The notes below the pieces were generated by a model. The model ran no database searches and had not been told where the DNA came from. It was given only the letters and a program-made list of their open reading frames with translations. A DNA stretch of 64,000 bases, from NCBI RefSeq assembly GCF_965641715.1, contig NZ_OZ282453.1; one strand, 5' to 3'. Positions 19,461-33,081 of this stretch are shown in pieces. The position numbers and the translations under genes were made by a program. Within the stretch, counting starts at the first letter, position 1, and every line of letters starts with the position of its first letter. This DNA is from Escherichia coli. Lineage in GTDB: Bacteria; Pseudomonadota; Gammaproteobacteria; Enterobacterales; Enterobacteriaceae.

Positions 19461-20534
19461 ATGAAACAAAAAGAGCTATGGATTAACCAGATCAAAGGGT
19501 TATGTATTTGTCTGGTGGTGATTTATCACTCGGTCATTACCTTTTATCCGCATATGACCACTTTTCAGCATCCGTTATCGGAAGTCCTGAGCAAATGCTG
19601 GATCTATTTCAATCTTTACCTTTCACCCTTTCGTATGCCGGTTTTTTTCTTTATATCCGGCTATTTGATTCGCCGCTATATCGACAGCGTACCGTGGGGA
19701 AATTGTCTCGATAAACGGATCTGGAACATCTTCTGGGTGCTGGCGCTTTGGGGCGTGGTGCAGTGGCTGGCGTTAAGTGCGCTGAACCAGTGGCTGGCAC
19801 CTGAGCGCGATTTAAGCAATGCCTCCAATGCCGCTTATGCCGATTCCACCGGTGAGTTCCTGCACGGGATGATCACCGCCAGCACCAGCTTGTGGTATCT
19901 GTATGCGTTAATTGTCTATTTCGTGGTATGTAAAATTTTTAGCCGTCTGGCGCTGCCACTATTCGCCTTGTTTGTACTGCTGAGTGTGGCGGTTAATTTC
20001 GTTCCCACGCCGTGGTGGGGAATGAACAGTGTGATCCGCAATTTGCCTTATTACAGCCTTGGCGCATGGTTTGGCGCAACAATAATGACCTGTGTTAAAG
20101 AGGTGCCGTTGCGCCGCCATCTGCTGATGGCTTCTTTGCTTACCGTTCTGGCGGTCGGTGCCTGGTTGTTTACTATCTCGCTGCTGTTGTCGCTGGTATC
20201 GATTGTGGTGATCATGAAGCTGTTTTATCAATACGAGCAACGATTCGGTATGCGCTCCACCAGCCTGCTGAATGTGATTGGCTCCAACACCATTGCTATC
20301 TACACCACCCATCGCATTCTGGTTGAAATATTCAGCTTAACTCTACTTGCGCAAATGAACGCAGCACGCTGGTCGCCGCAAGTCGAACTGACACTCCTGC
20401 TGGTTTATCCCTTTGTCAGTTTGTTCATCTGTACTGTTGCGGGCTTGCTGGTAAGAAAACTTTCACAGCGTGCATTCAGCGATCTGTTGTTCTCCCCGCC
20501 TTCACTGCCCGCTGCCGTCAGTTACTCCCGCTAA
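19461..20534 (+). CDS. ycfT: Inner membrane protein YcfT (acyltransferase-3 family)
   Basis: 357-aa multi-TM ORF in the conserved position between lolC and mfd. Confidence 0.85.
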   Translation: MKQKELWINQIKGLCICLVVIYHSVITFYPHMTTFQHPLSEVLSKCWIYFNLYLSPFRMPVFFFISGYLIRRYIDSVPWGNCLDKRIWNIFWVLALWGVVQWLALSALNQWLAPERDLSNASNAAYADSTGEFLHGMITASTSLWYLYALIVYFVVCKIFSRLALPLFALFVLLSVAVNFVPTPWWGMNSVIRNLPYYSLGAWFGATIMTCVKEVPLRRHLLMASLLTVLAVGAWLFTISLLLSLVSIVVIMKLFYQYEQRFGMRSTSLLNVIGSNTIAIYTTHRILVEIFSLTLLAQMNAARWSPQVELTLLLVYPFVSLFICTVAGLLVRKLSQRAFSDLLFSPPSLPAAVSYSR

Positions 20535-20661
20535 GCCATCGCCCCAGCCGGGGCGATTCAATTTGCTAAACCATGTCGATTACGGATAATGAACAGCATT
20601 GCTTATCAGAGATATGCCCCCATATGTTGAGGCATATCCTAACGAGAATCTGACAACCGTT

Positions 20662-23600
20662 ATGCCTGAACAATATCGTTATACGCTGCCCGTCAAAGCG
20701 GGTGAGCAGCGTCTGCTGGGCGAGTTAACCGGCGCTGCCTGCGCGACGCTGGTGGCGGAAATTGCCGAACGTCACGCCGGTCCGGTGGTACTCATTGCAC
20801 CAGATATGCAAAATGCTCTGCGTTTGCATGATGAAATCAGCCAGTTCACCGATCAGATGGTGATGAATCTGGCGGACTGGGAAACCCTCCCTTACGACAG
20901 TTTTTCGCCTCATCAGGACATTATCTCCTCGCGCCTTTCCACCCTTTACCAGCTACCGACGATGCAGCGTGGCGTACTGATTGTTCCGGTGAATACGCTT
21001 ATGCAGCGCGTTTGCCCACACAGTTTTCTCCACGGTCATGCGCTGGTGATGAAAAAAGGTCAGCGCCTGTCACGAGATGCATTACGAACCCAACTGGACA
21101 GCGCCGGTTATCGCCATGTTGACCAGGTGATGGAGCACGGCGAATACGCCACGCGCGGCGCGTTGCTGGATCTCTTCCCGATGGGGAGTGAGCTGCCTTA
21201 TCGTCTTGATTTCTTTGATGATGAAATCGACAGCCTGCGGGTGTTTGACGTCGACAGCCAGCGCACTCTGGAGGAAGTAGAAGCGATCAATCTGCTGCCC
21301 GCGCACGAATTTCCGACCGATAAAGCGGCAATTGAACTGTTCCGCAGCCAGTGGCGCGATACCTTCGAAGTGAAGCGCGATCCGGAACATATTTACCAGC
21401 AAGTGAGTAAAGGTACATTGCCTGCCGGGATCGAGTACTGGCAGCCGCTATTCTTCAGCGAACCGCTGCCGCCACTGTTCAGTTATTTCCCTGCCAATAC
21501 CTTGCTGGTGAATACTGGCGATCTGGAAAACAGTGCCGAACGTTTCCAGGCTGATACACTGGCGCGTTTTGAGAATCGCGGCGTCGATCCGATGCGCCCA
21601 CTGTTGCCACCACAATCGCTCTGGCTGCGGGTGGACGAGCTCTTCTCAGAGCTGAAAAACTGGCCCCGAGTGCAGCTAAAAACTGAACATTTACCGACAA
21701 AAGCCGCGAATGCCAATTTAGGTTTCCAGAAACTGCCAGACCTGGCCGTTCAGGCACAACAAAAAGCGCCGCTGGATGCGCTGCGTAAGTTCCTCGAGAC
21801 TTTCGACGGTCCGGTGGTGTTCTCGGTAGAAAGTGAAGGTCGCCGTGAAGCGCTGGGTGAACTGCTCGCACGAATTAAAATTGCTCCGCAACGCATTATG
21901 CGTCTTGATGAAGCCAGCGACCGTGGGCGTTATCTGATGATTGGCGCTGCCGAACATGGTTTTGTCGATACGGTGCGTAACCTGGCGCTGATTTGCGAAA
22001 GCGATCTGCTCGGTGAACGTGTTGCCCGCCGTCGTCAGGATTCTCGCCGCACCATCAACCCCGATACACTGATCCGCAACCTCGCGGAGCTGCATATTGG
22101 CCAGCCGGTGGTCCATCTGGAGCACGGCGTCGGTCGCTATGCCGGAATGACCACGCTGGAAGCTGGCGGCATTACTGGCGAGTACCTGATGCTCACCTAT
22201 GCCAACGACGCCAAACTGTATGTTCCGGTGTCGTCACTGCATCTGATTAGCCGTTACGCAGGTGGCGCGGAAGAAAACGCCCCGCTGCATAAACTTGGCG
22301 GCGATGCGTGGTCACGCGCGCGGCAGAAAGCGGCGGAAAAAGTGCGTGATGTGGCGGCGGAATTGCTGGATATCTACGCGCAACGCGCCGCCAAAGAGGG
22401 CTTCGCGTTTAAACACGATCGTGAGCAGTATCAGTTGTTCTGCGACAGCTTCCCGTTTGAAACCACGCCGGATCAGGCGCAGGCCATTAATGCGGTACTT
22501 AGCGACATGTGTCAGCCGCTGGCAATGGATCGTCTGGTGTGCGGCGATGTTGGCTTTGGTAAAACAGAAGTGGCGATGCGCGCCGCTTTCCTGGCAGTAG
22601 ATAACCACAAGCAGGTGGCGGTGCTGGTGCCTACCACCCTTCTCGCGCAGCAGCATTACGACAACTTCCGCGACCGTTTCGCCAACTGGCCGGTACGTAT
22701 CGAAATGATCTCCCGTTTCCGCAGCGCTAAAGAGCAGACGCAAATCCTTGCGGAAGTGGCGGAAGGGAAAATCGATATTCTGATCGGTACGCACAAACTG
22801 CTGCAAAGTGACGTCAAGTTTAAAGATTTAGGCCTGCTGATTGTCGATGAAGAACACCGCTTCGGGGTGCGTCATAAAGAGCGCATTAAAGCGATGCGCG
22901 CGAACGTGGATATTCTGACGCTTACTGCAACGCCGATCCCACGTACGCTGAATATGGCAATGAGCGGAATGCGTGACCTGTCGATTATCGCCACGCCGCC
23001 CGCCCGTCGTCTGGCAGTTAAAACCTTTGTCCGTGAGTATGACAGCCTGGTGGTCCGGGAGGCGATCCTGCGTGAAATTTTGCGCGGAGGACAGGTTTAT
23101 TATCTCTACAATGATGTGGAAAACATTCAGAAAGCCGCCGAACGGCTGGCAGAACTGGTGCCAGAAGCGCGGATCGCCATCGGTCACGGGCAGATGCGCG
23201 AGCGCGAACTGGAACGGGTGATGAATGATTTCCATCATCAACGTTTCAACGTGCTGGTTTGTACAACCATTATCGAAACCGGGATCGACATCCCGACAGC
23301 CAACACCATTATCATTGAACGCGCGGATCACTTCGGTCTGGCGCAACTGCACCAGTTACGCGGTCGCGTCGGACGTTCGCATCATCAGGCATATGCATGG
23401 CTGCTGACGCCGCATCCAAAAGCGATGACTACCGATGCACAAAAACGTCTTGAAGCGATTGCCTCGCTGGAAGATCTCGGGGCAGGTTTTGCGCTGGCAA
23501 CGCACGATCTGGAGATTCGCGGCGCGGGTGAACTGCTTGGCGAAGAACAAAGCGGCTCAATGGAAACCATCGGTTTCTCGCTGTATATGGAGTTGCTGGA

Positions 23601-24108
23601 AAACGCCGTCGATGCACTGAAAGCCGGACGCGAGCCGTCGCTGGAAGATCTCACCAGCCAGCAAACAGAAGTCGAGCTACGGATGCCGTCGCTATTGCCA
23701 GATGATTTCATTCCTGACGTGAATACGCGTTTGTCGTTCTATAAACGTATTGCCAGCGCCAAAACGGAAAACGAACTGGAAGAGATCAAAGTCGAGCTTA
23801 TCGATCGCTTCGGCCTGCTGCCGGATCCGGCGCGTACCCTGCTGGATATTGCCCGTCTACGCCAGCAAGCGCAGAAACTGGGGATCAGGAAGCTGGAAGG
23901 TAATGAGAAAGGCGGCGTGATCGAATTTGCCGAGAAGAATCACGTTAATCCGGCCTGGTTGATTGGTTTGCTGCAAAAACAGCCGCAGCATTACCGCCTT
24001 GATGGTCCGACGCGCCTGAAATTTATTCAGGATTTGAGTGAGCGGAAAACGCGTATCGAATGGGTACGCCAGTTTATGCGTGAACTGGAAGAGAACGCGA
24101 TCGCTTAA
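20662..24108 (+). CDS. mfd: Transcription-repair coupling factor Mfd
   Basis: Start set at MPEQYRYTLPVKAG (1148 aa). Confidence 0.95.
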   Translation: MPEQYRYTLPVKAGEQRLLGELTGAACATLVAEIAERHAGPVVLIAPDMQNALRLHDEISQFTDQMVMNLADWETLPYDSFSPHQDIISSRLSTLYQLPTMQRGVLIVPVNTLMQRVCPHSFLHGHALVMKKGQRLSRDALRTQLDSAGYRHVDQVMEHGEYATRGALLDLFPMGSELPYRLDFFDDEIDSLRVFDVDSQRTLEEVEAINLLPAHEFPTDKAAIELFRSQWRDTFEVKRDPEHIYQQVSKGTLPAGIEYWQPLFFSEPLPPLFSYFPANTLLVNTGDLENSAERFQADTLARFENRGVDPMRPLLPPQSLWLRVDELFSELKNWPRVQLKTEHLPTKAANANLGFQKLPDLAVQAQQKAPLDALRKFLETFDGPVVFSVESEGRREALGELLARIKIAPQRIMRLDEASDRGRYLMIGAAEHGFVDTVRNLALICESDLLGERVARRRQDSRRTINPDTLIRNLAELHIGQPVVHLEHGVGRYAGMTTLEAGGITGEYLMLTYANDAKLYVPVSSLHLISRYAGGAEENAPLHKLGGDAWSRARQKAAEKVRDVAAELLDIYAQRAAKEGFAFKHDREQYQLFCDSFPFETTPDQAQAINAVLSDMCQPLAMDRLVCGDVGFGKTEVAMRAAFLAVDNHKQVAVLVPTTLLAQQHYDNFRDRFANWPVRIEMISRFRSAKEQTQILAEVAEGKIDILIGTHKLLQSDVKFKDLGLLIVDEEHRFGVRHKERIKAMRANVDILTLTATPIPRTLNMAMSGMRDLSIIATPPARRLAVKTFVREYDSLVVREAILREILRGGQVYYLYNDVENIQKAAERLAELVPEARIAIGHGQMRERELERVMNDFHHQRFNVLVCTTIIETGIDIPTANTIIIERADHFGLAQLHQLRGRVGRSHHQAYAWLLTPHPKAMTTDAQKRLEAIASLEDLGAGFALATHDLEIRGAGELLGEEQSGSMETIGFSLYMELLENAVDALKAGREPSLEDLTSQQTEVELRMPSLLPDDFIPDVNTRLSFYKRIASAKTENELEEIKVELIDRFGLLPDPARTLLDIARLRQQAQKLGIRKLEGNEKGGVIEFAEKNHVNPAWLIGLLQKQPQHYRLDGPTRLKFIQDLSERKTRIEWVRQFMRELEENAIA

Positions 24109-24254
24109 TGGTAAATCGGGGGCGTTTCTGCGCCCCCATCTGCAACATTTACAAATTCTTTGCACTTCCCTGCACTATCCGACACTGTCACCATCCATAA
24201 TTCAGGCTTATCTGTTTATTACAATAACCTTATATTTATTATGGATTTTTGGTG

Positions 24255-25214
24255 ATGATCAAAACGCGTTTTTCTCGCTGGCTAACGTTTTTTACGTTCG
24301 CCGCTGCCGTGGCGCTGGCGCTACCGGCAAAAGCCAACACCTGGCCGCTGCCGCCAGCGGGCAGTCGTCTGGTTGGCGAAAACAAATTTCATGTGGTGGA
24401 AAATGACGGTGGTTCTCTGGAAGCCATCGCCAAAAAATATAACGTCGGCTTTCTCGCTCTGTTACAGGCTAACCCCGGCGTTGATCCTTACGTACCGCGC
24501 GCGGGTAGCGTGTTAACGATCCCGTTGCAAACCCTACTTCCAGATGCGCCGCGCGAAGGCATTGTGATCAATATTGCGGAGCTGCGTCTCTATTACTACC
24601 CGCCGGGTAAAAATTCGGTAACCGTGTATCCCATCGGCATTGGTCAGTTGGGTGGTGACACGCTGACACCGACAATGGTGACCACCGTTTCTGACAAGCG
24701 TGCAAACCCAACCTGGACGCCAACGGCAAACATCCGCGCCCGTTATAAAGCACAGGGAATTGAGTTGCCTGCGGTAGTGCCGGCTGGACCGGATAACCCA
24801 ATGGGCCATCATGCGATTCGTCTGGCGGCCTATGGCGGCGTTTATTTGCTTCATGGTACGAACGCCGATTTCGGCATTGGCATGCGGGTAAGTTCTGGCT
24901 GTATTCGTCTGCGGGATGACGATATCAAAACACTCTTTAGCCAGGTCACCCCAGGCACCAAAGTGAATATCATCAACACTCCGATAAAAGTCTCTGCCGA
25001 ACCAAACGGTGCGCGTCTGGTTGAAGTACATCAGCCGCTGTCAGAGAAGATTGATGACGATCCGCAGCTGCTGCCAATTACGCTGAATAGCGCAATGCAA
25101 TCATTTAAAAATGCAGCACAAACTGACGCTGAAGTGATGCAACATGTGATGGATGTCCGTTCCGGGATGCCGGTGGATGTTCGCCGTCATCAAGTGAGCC
25201 CACAAACCCTGTAA
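24255..25214 (+). CDS. ldtC: L,D-transpeptidase LdtC (YcfS)
   Basis: ATG start at MIKTRF; signal peptide, LysM-like region and YkuD-type catalytic region (HGT...SSGCIRL). Confidence 0.9.
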   Translation: MIKTRFSRWLTFFTFAAAVALALPAKANTWPLPPAGSRLVGENKFHVVENDGGSLEAIAKKYNVGFLALLQANPGVDPYVPRAGSVLTIPLQTLLPDAPREGIVINIAELRLYYYPPGKNSVTVYPIGIGQLGGDTLTPTMVTTVSDKRANPTWTPTANIRARYKAQGIELPAVVPAGPDNPMGHHAIRLAAYGGVYLLHGTNADFGIGMRVSSGCIRLRDDDIKTLFSQVTPGTKVNIINTPIKVSAEPNGARLVEVHQPLSEKIDDDPQLLPITLNSAMQSFKNAAQTDAEVMQHVMDVRSGMPVDVRRHQVSPQTL

Positions 25215-25221
25215 AGCACGG

Positions 25222-25263
25222 ATAAAAAAAATCCCCGCGACACGGCATGTCGCGGGGAAAAAA
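25222..25263. terminator. Hairpin terminator shared by convergent ldtC and bhsA
   Basis: aaaaaaaatCCCCGCGAcacggcatgTCGCGGGGaaaaaa. Confidence 0.55.
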
Positions 25264-25296
25264 TCAGCAGTAGCAGGCATTAATGAGGGTTAATGC

Positions 25297-25554
25297 TTAT
25301 TTATAAATTACTGCTGTTCCATGGAGGGTATTCGGACCGGTTACAGAAGTAATACGGAAAGATTTTGCGCCCATCTCATCCGCTTTTTGCGCCAGCTGCT
25401 CTTCCAGCGATCCCAGATTTGTCCCCGCGTTAGCACTGATTGTACCGACTTTTTGTTGGCCTTCTGGCGTTGACTGAACTTCGACAGCCGCAAAGCTGGC
25501 AAATGACATGGAGCTTAAAATCGCCGCAGCGATGAGGGTTTTTACGTTTTTCAT
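25297..25554 (-). CDS. bhsA: Multiple stress resistance protein BhsA (YcfR)
   Basis: 85-aa secreted protein recognised. Confidence 0.9.
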   Translation of the reverse strand: MKNVKTLIAAAILSSMSFASFAAVEVQSTPEGQQKVGTISANAGTNLGSLEEQLAQKADEMGAKSFRITSVTGPNTLHGTAVIYK

Positions 25555-25794
25555 AATAGTGGCCTTATGCAGATGAATGACGTCGCAAGAAATTACTTAA
25601 CGATCGATAACTAAATGATAGATGTGATCTGGATCACATACAAGATATTTTTTATAACAATCATTAATTAATTTAAAAATCTTTAAATTTCAGTTAAATA
25701 GAAAGCAATTATTTTTATGGGATCTGGACTGGTGAACGGAGGTGATTATTTTTATAATAACCTTTCATTCACAGTCACCAGGTATAACGGCATC

Positions 25795-26427
25795 ATGGCA
25801 ACTGACTCAACACAATGTGTAAAAAAAAGCCGTGGCCGCCCAAAAGTGTTCGACAGGGATGCCGCGCTTGATAAGGCCATGAAATTGTTCTGGCAACACG
25901 GTTATGAAGCGACTTCTCTTGCGGACCTCGTCGAAGCGACCGGAGCCAAAGCGCCCACGCTATACGCGGAATTTACCAACAAAGAGGGGTTATTTCGTGC
26001 CGTTCTCGACCGCTATATCGATCGTTTTGCCGCTAAGCATGAAGCACAGCTGTTTTGTGAAGAGAAAAGCGTGGAGTCTGCGCTGGCTGACTATTTTGCT
26101 GCCATCGCCAACTGCTTTACCAGCAAAGACACCCCGGCAGGCTGCTTCATGATCAACAACTGCACCACCCTCTCCCCAGATTCTGGAGATATCGCCAATA
26201 CGTTGAAATCACGCCATGCGATGCAAGAGCGCACTTTGCAGCAGTTTTTATGTCAACGACAAGCGCGCGGGGAAATCCCGACCCACTGTGACGTGACACA
26301 TCTGGCAGAATTCCTTAATTGTATTATTCAGGGGATGTCGATCAGCGCACGCGAAGGTGCATCGCTGGAAAAACTGATGCAGATTGCCGGAACGACTTTG
26401 CGTTTATGGCCCGAACTGGTGAAATAA
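25795..26427 (+). CDS. comR: TetR-family repressor ComR (YcfQ)
   Basis: Start set at MATDSTQCVKKSRGRPK (210 aa); TetR-type N-terminal HTH. Confidence 0.85.
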   Translation: MATDSTQCVKKSRGRPKVFDRDAALDKAMKLFWQHGYEATSLADLVEATGAKAPTLYAEFTNKEGLFRAVLDRYIDRFAAKHEAQLFCEEKSVESALADYFAAIANCFTSKDTPAGCFMINNCTTLSPDSGDIANTLKSRHAMQERTLQQFLCQRQARGEIPTHCDVTHLAEFLNCIIQGMSISAREGASLEKLMQIAGTTLRLWPELVK

Positions 26428-26431
26428 GTCG

Positions 26432-26470
26432 CAAAAAAAGCCCCTCAGCCTGAGCGAATGAGGGGCCAAA
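26432..26470. terminator. Bidirectional hairpin between comR and ycfJ
   Basis: aaaaaaaGCCCCTCAgcctgagcgaaTGAGGGGCcaaa. Confidence 0.5.
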
Positions 26471-26488
26471 TTGCAGAGTACAGCCTTG

Positions 26489-27028
26489 TTATACTTTGTT
26501 ATTCAAAATCAGTTGCCCGTTACTATCTAGCGGGATCTGCGTACCCGGATCGCGGTCCATGCGGATTTTGCCCTGCTGATCGCCAATCTTATAGGTCACA
26601 TCATAACCGAGCATTTTTTCTGACTTGTCATACACCGTTTTACAACGCTGTTGCGTAGTCGTGTAAGTATCGCTTTCCTGGAGAGAGCCCTGGATCTGGT
26701 TACCGGCATATCCACCACCCAGCGCCCCCACAACAGTGGCGACATCTTTACCACGACCACCACCAAACTGATGCCCTATCACGCCGCCAGCAACAGCGCC
26801 GAGCACCGACCCGGTAATGCGATTTTCATCCTGCACCGGTCGACGATGGGTCACTGTGACGTTGCGACACTCCTGACGCGGTGTTTTAACCGTTTCCTTG
26901 ATTGGGATTGCAGAAACAACCTGAGCGTATTGCGGGCCACGTTCAAACACGTTCAGACTGGCCACTGCCGCTACGCCCAGCGCAGCTGCGACACCAATCC
27001 CGATACCCGCCAACATTGATTTATTCAC
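26489..27028 (-). CDS. ycfJ: Uncharacterised protein YcfJ (glycine-zipper surface-antigen-like)
   Basis: GTG start with AAGGAGG RBS giving 179 aa (MNKSMLAGIGIG...). Confidence 0.85.
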   Translation of the reverse strand: MNKSMLAGIGIGVAAALGVAAVASLNVFERGPQYAQVVSAIPIKETVKTPRQECRNVTVTHRRPVQDENRITGSVLGAVAGGVIGHQFGGGRGKDVATVVGALGGGYAGNQIQGSLQESDTYTTTQQRCKTVYDKSEKMLGYDVTYKIGDQQGKIRMDRDPGTQIPLDSNGQLILNNKV

Positions 27029-27149
27029 GGGAACACCTCCTTCTTTGCAGTTATGCCAATCATGCAAGCGAAGGAGAAAAGCAGCTATCAGACAGAAGAT
27101 GAAAAGCGCGGGAATGGCTGGAAATACTTAATGATTCGGAGGAGTCTGA

Positions 27150-27195
27150 AGGAATGCCTGATGCGACGCTTAACGCGTCTTATCAGGCCTACCGC
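27150..27195. repeat. REP element (ycfJ-ndh intergenic)
   Basis: gcctgatgcgacgcttaacgcgtcttatcaggcctac. Confidence 0.6.
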
Positions 27196-27254
27196 TCATA
27201 CCATTTGTCCAGGGCGGACATGGCGTTTATGCCACATCCGCCAGTGTACGTCGA

Positions 27255-28559
27255 TTAATGCAACTTCAAACGTGGACGGATAACGCGGTTAATACTCCCC
27301 ACCAGCATCATTAATCCGGTTTTAAAGTAACCATGCAGCGCAATCTGATGCATTCGGTATAGCGAGATATATACAAAGCGCGCAATTCGTCCTTCAATCA
27401 TCATTGAGCCGCGCGTCAGGTTACCCATCAGGCTACCAACGGTGGAGAAGTTCGACAGCGATACCAGCGAACCATGATCTTTATACTGATAATTTTTCAG
27501 CGGCTTACCGTTCATCTGCGCCAGAATGTTGTTCATTGCGCAAGTCGCCATCTGGTGTGCAGCCTGAGCACGCGGCGGAACAAAGCCCCCTTCCGGACGC
27601 GGGCATGACGCGCAGTCGCCAATAGCGTAAATGTCTGGATCGCGGGTGGTTTGCAGCGTCGGTTCCACCACCAGCTGGTTGATACGGTTAGTTTCAAGAC
27701 CACCGATATCTTTCAGGAAGTCTGGCGCTTTGATCCCAGCTGCCCATACCATCAGATCAGCCTCAATATATTCGCCATCTTTAGTGTGCAGGCCGCCTTC
27801 ATCAGCACTGGTGACCATGGTTTGCGTCAGCACGCGAACGCCAAGTTTCGTTAGCTCGTTGTGGGCCGCAGCAGAGATACGTGGCGGTAATGCAGGCAAA
27901 ATACGTTCTCCCGCTTCTACCAGCGTTACGTTCAGGGCTTCGTTGGTCAGGCCTTTGTAACCGTAGCTGTGCAGTTGCTTGACCGCGTTGTGCAATTCAG
28001 CGGAGAGTTCTACACCCGTCGCGCCGCCGCCGACAATCGCAATGTTCACTTTGCCATTCGCGCCCAGGTTGGCGGAGTATTTCAGGAACAGATTCAGCAT
28101 CTCCTGGTGGAAGCGACGCGCCTGGTGCGGGTTATCGAGGAAAATGCAGTTCTCTTTGACACCTGGCGTATTGAAATCGTTAGAGGTGCTACCCAGCGCC
28201 ATTACCAGGGTGTCATAGGCGATTTTACGTTCCGGAACCAGCAGTTCACCTTTCTCATCGCGCAGTTCTGCAATAGTGATTGTTTTCGCTTCACGATCAA
28301 TATCAATGACGGAACCCAGCTGGAACTGGAAACCATGATTGCGCGCATGGGCCAGATAGCTCAACGCATCGACGCCTTCATCAAGCGAGCCAGTCGCCAC
28401 TTCGTGCAGCAGCGGTTTCCACAGGTGGCTGTGGTTACGATCGACCAGCGTAATTTTGGCTTTTTTCTTGCGTCCCAGCTTATGCCCCAGCTGTGTTGCC
28501 ATTTCCAGCCCACCAGCACCGCCGCCGACAATCACAATTTTTTTCAATGGCGTAGTCAA
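27255..28559 (-). CDS. ndh: Type II NADH:quinone oxidoreductase Ndh
   Basis: Start set at (TTG)[16 protein letters not shown] with AAGGGGG RBS (434 aa); two Rossmann GxGxxG motifs. Confidence 0.9.
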
Positions 28560-28819
28560 CGTGACCCCCTTAAATTTATTAACCAATTGTTAATTAATGG
28601 TTATTAACATAGCTATTAATTAACAACAGGTTACAGCAATGAAAATGTTCTTCGCTATTGAGAATAACATGAATGGTGCATTGGTCATACCAAAATTGAT
28701 GTTAATCAAGTTTTGTTGCTGAAAAGATAGGCGACTTTACCGGGTGAGATCAAAAAACAGAGTTTATTGTTTATTATTTGAGCGTATTTGTGAGAGTGAT
28801 ATAGAGTGAGGGGCGTTCG

Positions 28820-28945
<126 letters not shown>

Positions 28946-28947
28946 AT

Positions 28948-29490
28948 TTACCCGAGGGTTTTGAACGCTTTAATGCGCTGCAAATGCGGGGAGATATTCT
29001 TGAATTTGTGCGTCTGCTCTTCGTCCCAGACAATCTCGTAATAATGATGCAACTCTTCAGATGTCCGCTGGCTGTTAAGCGCTTCATCATTACGCGACAA
29101 AATCACCAGGCAACGATCGCGATTCTTCTCGCGGAAGTTGGTCACACACTTAGTGGCAATATCGGCATACTCTTCCGGGCGATCAATCTTGCCTTCCATG
29201 TTCTCATAAGGGAACAAATTAGGGTTGAAGATCACCTGGCGGATATCGCAAAGAAAACCAATCCGTTCAGCCCAGTATCCGCCCAGGCCAACGCCGCAAA
29301 TTAGCGGACGCTCGTCAACGTTCAGTTGCAACATTTTGTCCACTTCTTTAAGCAGATGCTGCATATCATGTTTCGGATGCCGCGTACTGTAGCTTATCAA
29401 GCGTACATCCGGGTCAATAAACTGCAATTGTAAGACTTTCTCGTGGTTACCCGGACTGTTAGAGTCAAAACCGTGTAAATAGATAATCAT
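28948..29490 (-). CDS. ycfP: UPF0227 esterase-like protein YcfP
   Basis: Start set at [14 protein letters not shown] (180 aa). Confidence 0.85.
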
Positions 29491-29512
29491 CGCTTCCTCA
29501 CATAAGCCAGGG

Positions 29513-31353
<1,841 letters not shown>

Positions 31354-31373
<20 letters not shown>

Positions 31374-31995
31374 CTTTACCTGACCAGATAATTTCGCCCG
31401 TCTGCACCAGCATCAGCTGCATTTGTAGGGTCGGAGCGTTAACGTTGCCAGAGGCGCTGGAGTACAGCACGTAATGAGCGCCGACATTACGGGCAATGCC
31501 TATGGCTTTACTACGGGTACCTAAACTGTCCTGCGGCGACAAACCTAACTGTTGCTTAGCCATCGACAGCTGCTGGGCGGAAACCAGGGTAAATTTACCG
31601 TTATTAGCCAGCGCATTTCGCAGCGTTTCGGTCGCTTCTGCGGCATTCAGCGAACCGTTAGTACGGTTGTTAACGCTATCAACCAGCAGGACGCTACCCG
31701 CAGTCACACCGTCAGCCCCAAGCATCTTACTGACCATCGGCTGCATTGCGCCATTCCAGTCATAATGGCGAATATGCGGCGCAGGCGGTGCAGTTTGATC
31801 TTCGTGCTCAATTGGGCCTGGCTGCTGCGGGATCGTCGGCACCGAGGGCACTGTGGGGACAGGCTGTTGTGGCTCGGCTGGTTGTTCCGGCGCTGGTTTC
31901 ACTTCTTCTACCGGTGCAGGTTCACGTTGCCCCACACACCCGGCGAGAAACATCGCCAGCGCGGTAATCAAGGCGTAGCGACTCATTTTTGTCAT
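31354..31995 (-). CDS. lpoB: Penicillin-binding protein activator lipoprotein LpoB
   Basis: Lipobox ...LAGC; P/Q-rich linker; 20-nt overlap with thiK. Confidence 0.9.
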
Positions 31996-32008
31996 CAAGA
32001 TTCACCCC

Positions 32009-32386
32009 TTACAAATATAGATAAAGTCTGACTTTGTGCGCCCCCAGAAAATTGGCGCTGCCGTACAGCGTTACCGCCGAATGTGCGGGAATGGTAACGC
32101 TGCGTGGCCTTTCCAGAGGATGCATCTCCAGCCCTCTGGCGTCATACCAGTAAAAACGATAATGAACGGTAACGGGTTCTTGCCTTTCGTTATAAAGCGT
32201 TGAGGATGCTGAAGGTTGAATATCAGACGTCGAAAGGACGGGCTTTTCTGCACTGATGCCCGCAGCCAATAAAGATGACTCCATCACCAGCGATTGCTCA
32301 TCATTCACCGGAATTTCCGGATGTGAACGACAGCCCACCAGCACTAACAACGCCAGAGACACCACCCCAAAGCATCCTTTTCTCAT
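32009..32386 (-). CDS. ycfL: Lipoprotein YcfL
   Basis: 125-aa ORF with lipobox LVGC. Confidence 0.85.
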   Translation of the reverse strand: MRKGCFGVVSLALLVLVGCRSHPEIPVNDEQSLVMESSLLAAGISAEKPVLSTSDIQPSASSTLYNERQEPVTVHYRFYWYDARGLEMHPLERPRSVTIPAHSAVTLYGSANFLGAHKVRLYLYL

Positions 32387-32388
32387 CG

Positions 32389-32748
32389 TTACAGACCTTT
32401 ATGCGCCAGCATTGGTCCCAGCGGACGACCACCCAACAAGTGCATATGGATGTGGTAAACCTCTTGTCCGCCATGGCGGTTGGTGTTCATGATCAGACGA
32501 TAGCCATCTTCGGCAATACCTTCTTGCTCAGCAATTTTTGCCGCTACGGTGATCATGCGTCCCAGCGCCTGCTCATGCTCAGCTGAGACGTCGTTCACAG
32601 TCGGAATGAGGATATTCGGAATGATCAGAATATGCGTTGGCGCTTGCGGCGAAATATCGCGAAACGCCGTTACCAGATCATCCTGGTAGACGATATCGGA
32701 GGGGATCTCACGACGAATAATTTTGCTGAATATAGTTTCTTCTGCCAC
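32389..32748 (-). CDS. hinT: Purine nucleoside phosphoramidase HinT (HIT family)
   Basis: Histidine-triad motif [10 protein letters not shown] start giving 119 aa. Confidence 0.9.
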   Translation of the reverse strand: MAEETIFSKIIRREIPSDIVYQDDLVTAFRDISPQAPTHILIIPNILIPTVNDVSAEHEQALGRMITVAAKIAEQEGIAEDGYRLIMNTNRHGGQEVYHIHMHLLGGRPLGPMLAHKGL

Positions 32749-32964
32749 GACATTTTCCTTTTTCAAATAGCCATGCGTTGCGCCATGCTACGCCGCGCCA
32801 CACTGCGAGTATAGAGTATGGTCGAGTTAAACCTGCTCTTTCAACCTTAACTCACGATTTCTTAAGCAAAAAATCGTTTTGCTGCCGTATTTATCTCCAT
32901 TATTCCCATTTCTGCCTGCGAATGCGCTGAAAAGACATTCTCTGTTTGGTTTACACGACAAATA

Positions 32965-33010
32965 TGAATGCGTATATTTCTCATTTGCATTTACAAACAA
33001 AATTATTCGC
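32965..33010. promoter_or_regulatory. fhuE promoter region with candidate Fur box
   Basis: AT-rich aaatatgaatgcgtatatttctcatttgcat upstream of a Fur-regulated siderophore receptor gene; match to the Fur consensus is loose. Confidence 0.3.
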
Positions 33011-33081
33011 ACACTAAATATAACCGCTCATCACCCTCCTCCGGCATGAGCCTGACGACAACATAAACCAAGAGATTTCAA

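Noticed and set aside
24117-24136. GGGGGCGtttctgCGCCCCC hairpin after mfd as an intrinsic terminator
   Set aside because: Perfect stem, but no U-tract follows on either strand, so not called as a canonical terminator.
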